Made by a program: the position numbers and the translations under genes. A DNA stretch of 14,815 nucleotides from Rotaria sordida. Taxonomy: Eukaryota. Positions 9,454 through 14,815 of the stretch are shown piece by piece. The stretch's first letter is position 1. Each line of letters starts with the position of its first letter. Below the pieces are notes generated by a model. It searched no databases, had not been told where the DNA came from, and saw only the letters and a program-made list of their open reading frames with translations. The stretch is taken from the NCBI GenBank assembly GCA_905250875.1, contig CAJNOO010000198.1:41099-55913 (forward strand), given 5' to 3'.

Positions 9454-9475
9454 GACACACCCACACAACCACATG
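9454..9475 (-). repeat. Short C-rich telomere-like tract between imperfect direct repeats
   Basis: gacacacccacacaaccacatg, flanked by acaaaagatttctttgtattatag on the left and acaaagatttatatttgttatag on the right. Confidence 0.5.
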
Positions 9476-9599
9476 CAAGGAAACAAAGATTTATATTTGT
9501 TATAGAAATGAGCTTGCTAGTGACAATCTGGTTTAACTTTTCAAATAGTCATGAAAATTTTTGTGAAGACACACTTGCCACTGGAAATTTTCTATTTGT

Positions 9600-10737
9600 T
9601 TAATTTGTTGACGATGGTTGAACTTTTCGCGATAGTCGGGATCGTGAAGCATCCGTTGAATGTGAGGTCTGCGATTTATGCGAAGCATTTCTCGAATTTT
9701 GGTTCTGTTTTTCGTTTGGAGCATCGCTCGAATCTGAGCCGCTGTTCGTTTTTGGATTCTTGTCATGATCCATTTTATTCGGAGCAAGCAATTTTTGAAT
9801 AGTAGGATTCTTAGAACATCTAATAAGCAATTAAAGTACAAGTAAAATGCAAAATGAATATATATTTCAAAAGAGAGAATTGAATTAAACGATACCCATC
9901 AATAACTGTTTCTTTCTCGAACTCCTTAGTTTTATCTTTGTTCTCAAGTTTTGATATTATCTGTTTTGCGACGTCCTCTGGTTCGTCTTGATCGTCAGAA
10001 TCAATTGTATCCACAAAATCATACTGAAGTAATAGAAAGAAGGTTACTTTATCTAAAGACTTTCATTAGAAGTATACCATAGCTTTAATCATTGTTGCCA
10101 ATTCTGCTTGATCCAATTTATCATTGTTGGATGTATCATACCTTTGAAGCAAAAAGATCGTATGTGGAACCAAAGTTTATAGTCAATTTACGTGTGGAAC
10201 AGGATACCAAGATGATCTTTTAATTCTAATTGACTTCGAGGTGAAACAGCTACAAGAAATTCTTCGAAATCGATTGAACCATCCGTGTCTCTGTCGTACG
10301 TTTTAAAAATGACACTAGAAGTTATTCGATACTTTCACAATTCAATAACATCATTCGATCAGATTATACTCGCAAAACAGTTCTGTATTTCGTCGACGAA
10401 AATATTTTCTGAAAATACGCTCAAATTTTTCCTTGTTTAGTTTCCCGTCGGGACAGTCATGATGGAACCCCTATCATTGAGAAACACATATGAAACCCTG
10501 GAAACCATTCATTCAACTAACCTGATACCATTCTTGTATTTCTATAAATCAAGACTAACAAATAGATATGAACGGTAACAAAAAGAGAAATTACCTTCTT
10601 CTGAAAGTTTCGTTATTTTTTGGTACCGCTGAACCACTAAAAAAATAAGAAATGATGTAAAAATTTTTTTCAAAAGTTAATTTGAGTTAGTCACATTGTC
10701 GACTTAACTTATTTGGTGTAGACTCTGTATTACCCAT
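9600..10737 (-). CDS. Neuronal calcium sensor / recoverin-superfamily EF-hand protein with a Ser/Asn-rich C-terminal extension. Exons (descending): 10737-10709, 10636-10595, 10541-10522, 10470-10370, 10314-10192, 10141-10078, 10023-9896, 9819-9600.
   Basis: Reconstructed protein: MGNTESTPN-NGSAVPK//ITKLSEEEIQEWYQGFHHDCPDGKLNKEKFERIFRKYFRRRNTELFCDVIFKTYDRDTDGSIDFEEFLVAVSPRSQLELKDHLGILFHTYDTSNNDKLDQAELATMIKAMYDFVDTIDSDDQDEPEDVAKQIISKLENKDKTKEFEKETVIDGCSKNPTIQKLLAP... Shows an N-myristoylation-type MGxxxS start, the degenerate EF1 'CPxG', canonical EF2 (DRDTDGSIDFEE) and EF3 (DTSNNDKLDQAE). All junctions are GT..AG and phase-consistent except for one +1 shift in exon 2. Confidence 0.85.
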
Positions 10738-11443
10738 ATGAAATGATTTAGTAATTTCAATGAATAAGGAATAATAAAGATTCAAGCGATCTAAAAGAAA
10801 ATATTTTTCGTTATTAGATTATAAATGTTGAGTCGAATTATATCACATATCTCAAATTTCGATGAAGTGCTCACTTCTTCACAAGCAGATACTGCAACTC
10901 TATAGGAAAATGCCATATGTACAGTTTGGCAATGCGTTGATTCATCATTGATGATTTATCATATCCCGTTTAAATACTATATATGCTTCCGTGAGAGATG
11001 TCACTTCTGTGACTCAAAATGCAACAATCTTTTAGAAGAGATGTGAGCACCCATCCAAATTTCGGAATATGTGGTATTTTCTATGTGTGCTAAATTTAGC
11101 TAGGTATAAAAACGGAATTATAAGAGTGCATCGATGCTATTCGAACACATTCTACGAGGGCTTGTCAATTGGTGTTTTTAAGTCACGCGAACTTCTCTCT
11201 TTGCTGGAACAATTCAATAATGAATATAATGAACGAAAACAGTAAGTTATCGCTCTTTCACAAGTGTGAAAGACGTCGAAGATGATACTTTCAAAAGAAA
11301 CATAAAAAAGTGATAAACATACTGGAGTTCTCACACACAAACATACATCACAAACTGTCTAAAATCTACTTGCAGTCGATGTTTTGATTCACATTTCGTT
11401 GCATAGTCTTGTTATCTCAGAGTGCTTACTTGGAATCATCGAT

Positions 11444-12773
11444 CTAGATTTTCAATCGGTTTTTTGGCTCAGTCATTGCTGTAGTTTTAGTGTCATTAGA
11501 AAGTCCGTTCAAAAGTAATTTTACTACTGTCCATCCACCTGCTATATTAGCACTTGATTCACTCTCCTGTACTATTATCCATACCATTGATACCACACAA
11601 AGTATGGCGAAAGTGATGAGAACAATAAACGTTAATGAGGTTACGCTTAATTTATAATAGTATAGAAGAGACACACCTGGAATAATCAGAAACGGCACTG
11701 CAATGTAAATTGCAGTTACTATTATAACAGCCGAAGGATGCTTAAAAAGCGTTAAGTTACAAGCACTGCAATGCCAGCATAAATGACAACAACAGCATTT
11801 GGTTGGAGCTGTATGTTTATTAATACCGAATGTCTTAGCCGCTATCCGATGTATGCCAGTGGCTACGCCCAAACGCTTGTTAAAAGCAAACAGATATATT
11901 TGTATTATGGCTCGAGCGATATTACCGAAAGCAACCAATAATCCTGTTGTAACACCTACTTGCGTCGTAACATCCGATGTTGTTATATCACGCGCAAGCC
12001 AACGAAAGCATGATGCAGAATCAACATCAAATGGAAAGGCGGCAGTCTTTCCCCGTGTCACATGCAAAATATGTACGATTGTCACCACAGAAACATTCCG
12101 TTGGGCCAATGGCTGGACATGGACCATCTCGATAAATACTTACTGTGGCTAAGAAAAGAGCGTTGAAAGCAGCTATGAGAGCACCGGAAATGATAATCGT
12201 TGTTAAGATTATTACGAAAACTAGAGTCCCTCTTTTTCGTATAGAAAGATATCTCCCATGAACATTCAGTATTGCTCGTTCGTACTCAGGATGCGATGGA
12301 GAGTCTAAGGGTATTTTGATCTTCGTTTCTGCCGATTGCTTGCTCGAGTCATCATTATTATTTTCCGAAGAATGTGCTTGACGTTCGTTTGCGTTAGAAG
12401 CACCATCTGATTTTGAGTCTGCAGCGTTCGGATTTCTGTTAGGCTTTTTGTTAAAAGGTTCTACGATTGAGGAATCTGTTTGAAGAATTTTTTCCCCATC
12501 AACCTTTTTCATCAGAGCCATGGCTTGTGGAAAATTTTTGGAGATGTAGGTCTCAAGGACATCGCTAGAAAAATTAATGGCATCATCCTTGCGAATGATG
12601 TTATGGTGCACGTCAATGAAGCAGCGCTCTATATGCAGAAGATTAGCAACAAGACCGTAAAATATTTTGTCGTTTTCCAACAGCAAAATTAACAAGACAA
12701 CAAGTGTTAAAAGCACAATGCCAACACTAATGGAAACACTGCACGCAACCCAAGTCCAATAATTCCAAGTCAT
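11444..12773 (-). CDS. Uncharacterised multi-pass membrane protein (about 440 aa if joined), split by an apparent frameshift near 12030-12075
   Basis: ORF 12773->12027 has TM-like stretches (WVACSVSISVGIVLLTLVVLLILLL; GTLVFVIILTTIIISGALIAAFNALFLATV) and a Cys-rich loop (GPCPAIGPTECFCGDNRTYFACDTGKDCR). ORF 12127->11444 continues with SASCFRWLARD and TM-like TTQVGVTTGLLVAFGNIARAIIQIYLFAF, AVIIVTAIYIAVPFLIIPGVSLLYYY and SLTFIVLITFAILCVVSMVWIIV. The two overlap by 101 nt in different frames. Confidence 0.6.
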
Positions 12774-13918
12774 TTTAATAACAGAAATAGTAATCTAGAA
12801 AGAAGATTGACAAATAGCACCTCTAAACTGTATCGAATGAATAAGTTATTAACGAGTATGGTTGCATGTGAAAAACACTGTTGTACACTAATGTGTTTCT
12901 TTCGCAAAATTCAAGCTGCAGCATTTAGACAGCAGAGATGATTGTCGAGCAGAGCATGTCTGTGAGCAGTACAAATCTACAGTTTCGGATCGGTTCGAAA
13001 AATTATTACGCAGAACAGTAGGACCGTTTAGTTATGAAAGTATGCATGAAGTTTGAACTTTTTTGCTATGGTTCTGCTACTGTCCAAGAAAAATACTATT
13101 ATCCAATGATTCTTATTAAAACACTTAATGAAATCAGCAGGCACCTGAAAAGAAAACGATTTTACGCTTTTAAAACCATTTCTGAATAATTTGTTCCACG
13201 GTTCTAGTTCCAGTATCGGTTTTAGAAATTTTTTGAAACGCGGTTTCGGGTCGCTTTTTGATGGCAGATTCTGTGGAACCGAAGATCTTTAATGAATGGC
13301 AGTACACATCAAAGTGATTTAAGATAGAAGTGCATCTTGCTTTCAATGGCGAAAAGGAAATATTTATGAAATGCATTTTAATCATCAGCTAGTTTTAATT
13401 TAATAACATTGAAATAATTCTTGAATGGAGGCACCGACACTTGTATTCGTAGCTTCTGTGATACTTAGGAGAGTTCGGGAGCATAACTATTTTTGATAGT
13501 AAGCTATTAAAAAAATAGGCACAATACGAAACTCTATCGGTTACGGAGTTCGCTGCCCAATAATTTTAAGCATGGGAGAATAAGAATGGTTTATTACCTT
13601 TACTATAGATTTTTTTAGGCTCAGTAGAATTTCCATAGTTTCGCCTCTTTTGTATCAAACTATTATTGAGTTTTGCAAATTCATTTTTAGTTTTTCATAT
13701 CAAAAACTGAACTTCACATCGTTCTGAACATCGTGCATCGAAGCACTGATAGATTGGTAGGTATTCCTAAGGCTTCATAGTATGTTAACAAAACTATTGA
13801 TAGTTTCTTGGTCAAGCTACAGGCTTCGTACTCTTCCTACACAACCACGGATAGATCCGTGAAGCATATGATGGTTTGGTAAACTTTATTCAAAAACTTT
13901 TGTCTATTCTTTGCTCTT

Positions 13919-14156
13919 TTATAAGTTCTTTACATTAGAGAAGGAATCATTCACGGTTTTGTAAACTAAGCAAAGATCGAGCAACTCTTTTCCAGTACCA
14001 TTAGTGGTTTCACTGCCTGCTTTGTCGTTAAGTATACCCTGCACGCAACCCTCAACAATTTCGTAGACAAAACAAATGTGTTCTGATTGTTCTGCAAAGC
14101 CACTTGGTAATGGCATGTGTCTTCTAGGAAGGCGTATTTTACACGCAATCCTACTT
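13919..14156 (-). CDS. Possible terminal exon of an unidentified - strand gene
   Basis: Open reading ...TLGRSRIACKIRLPRRHMPLPSGFAEQSEHICFVYEIVEGCVQGILNDKAGSETTNGTGKELLDLCLVYKTVNDSFSNVKNL*, preceded on the - strand by a TCTCTTTAG acceptor-like sequence. No family recognised. Confidence 0.2.
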
Positions 14157-14700
14157 CGTCCCAAAGTCTAAAGAGACGTTATACTGCCTATTTTATACCA
14201 AACTATTTCATATTGATTCGGTCTTCATTGTAGTAGCATAAATTTCATTAGAAGTCCATAAAGTAATACGTGCAATAAGTGGAAGACTTTCATGATTCGC
14301 AAAAAACCAAAGAATAGTAGTCTTATTACCTAGAAATTTTCCTTAGTACCGAGAACAGCGATGGATAACTTTCTCGGCTATGCCCGTCTTTTATCTAAAA
14401 TTTTCAAATAGAGGCAGCTTTTGCTTTTGACATTTTCATATTAGTAAAATGCTCTGACAAGAATGTACTATTGCGCGGTAGATATCTATTAATCAGAACT
14501 GTGAACCAGTGCGCTGGTTAGAGGTAGATTCCATGCACTTCGGAACTACTTCAAATCTCATCTTGAGTTCTCTCTCGTTCTCAGGATAAAGCATGGACAA
14601 CTATAAGCTGCTTCCAGCTAAATACAAGGTACTATACGGTATCTACAAGTAAACCTTAACTACCTCTTCGGACCTACGTGTAACCAAGAGAAACCCTTGC

Positions 14701-14772
14701 GGGTGTGGGTGTGGGTGTGGGTGTGGGTGTGGGTGTGGGTGTGGGTGTGGGTGTGGGTGTGGGTGTGGGTGT
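14701..14772 (+). repeat. Terminal telomeric array, 12 consecutive GGGTGT units (bdelloid-type TGTGGG repeat)
   Basis: Direct reading of the sequence: perfect 6-nt periodicity starting after 'aacccttgc'. Confidence 0.95.
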
Positions 14773-14815
14773 GGCTGTGGGGGCGGGTGAGGGGGAGGGC
14801 CCGCGAGAGGGGGAG
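14773..14815 (+). repeat. Degenerate G-rich tail following the telomeric array
   Basis: ggctgtgggggcgggtgagggggagggcccgcgagagggggag: periodicity is lost but G-richness continues to the window edge. Confidence 0.7.

Noticed and set aside
9533-9841. 102-aa - strand ORF (MYFNCLLDVLRILLFKN...) and 83-aa + strand ORF 9551-9802
   Set aside because: Both overlap the last exon of the NCS-like gene in other frames; the spliced frame (GCSKNPTIQKLLAPNK...) is the one with homology.
11799-12152. 117-aa + strand ORF
   Set aside because: Antisense to the overlap region of the multi-TM gene; the - strand reading has coherent TM helices.
12480-12692. 70-aa + strand ORF
   Set aside because: Antisense to the multi-TM gene, no domain features.

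Overview
This 14.8 kb window looks like eukaryotic, intron-bearing subtelomeric DNA, most likely from a bdelloid rotifer. The inference rests on a terminal (GGGTGT)n = (TGTGGG)n array with the G-rich strand running toward the right edge, introns of about 46-76 nt, and an ADP-ribosyltransferase (ART)-TPR type gene typical of bdelloid genomes. Five protein-coding loci are readable by hand: (1) an ART-TPR gene at the left edge, broken into three frames; (2) a YKT6 R-SNARE gene on the + strand in about 8 exons, with disruptions; (3) a divergent 60S acidic ribosomal protein P1 on the + strand in 2 exons; (4) an 8-exon neuronal-calcium-sensor-like EF-hand gene on the - strand, with one apparent homopolymer frameshift; (5) an unfamiliar multi-pass membrane protein on the - strand, split by an apparent frameshift. 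The most interesting non-genic signal is a set of dispersed G-rich-to-C-rich imperfect palindromes built from degenerate telomere-like sequence. At least three share a core around GATTAGTTCTTYTC / GARAAGAACTAATC. I saw no convincing transposase, reverse transcriptase, CRISPR array, tRNA or rRNA. The recurring frameshifts could be real subtelomeric gene decay or unpolished long-read error, and sequence alone does not settle which. I did not find a clearly new biological system.
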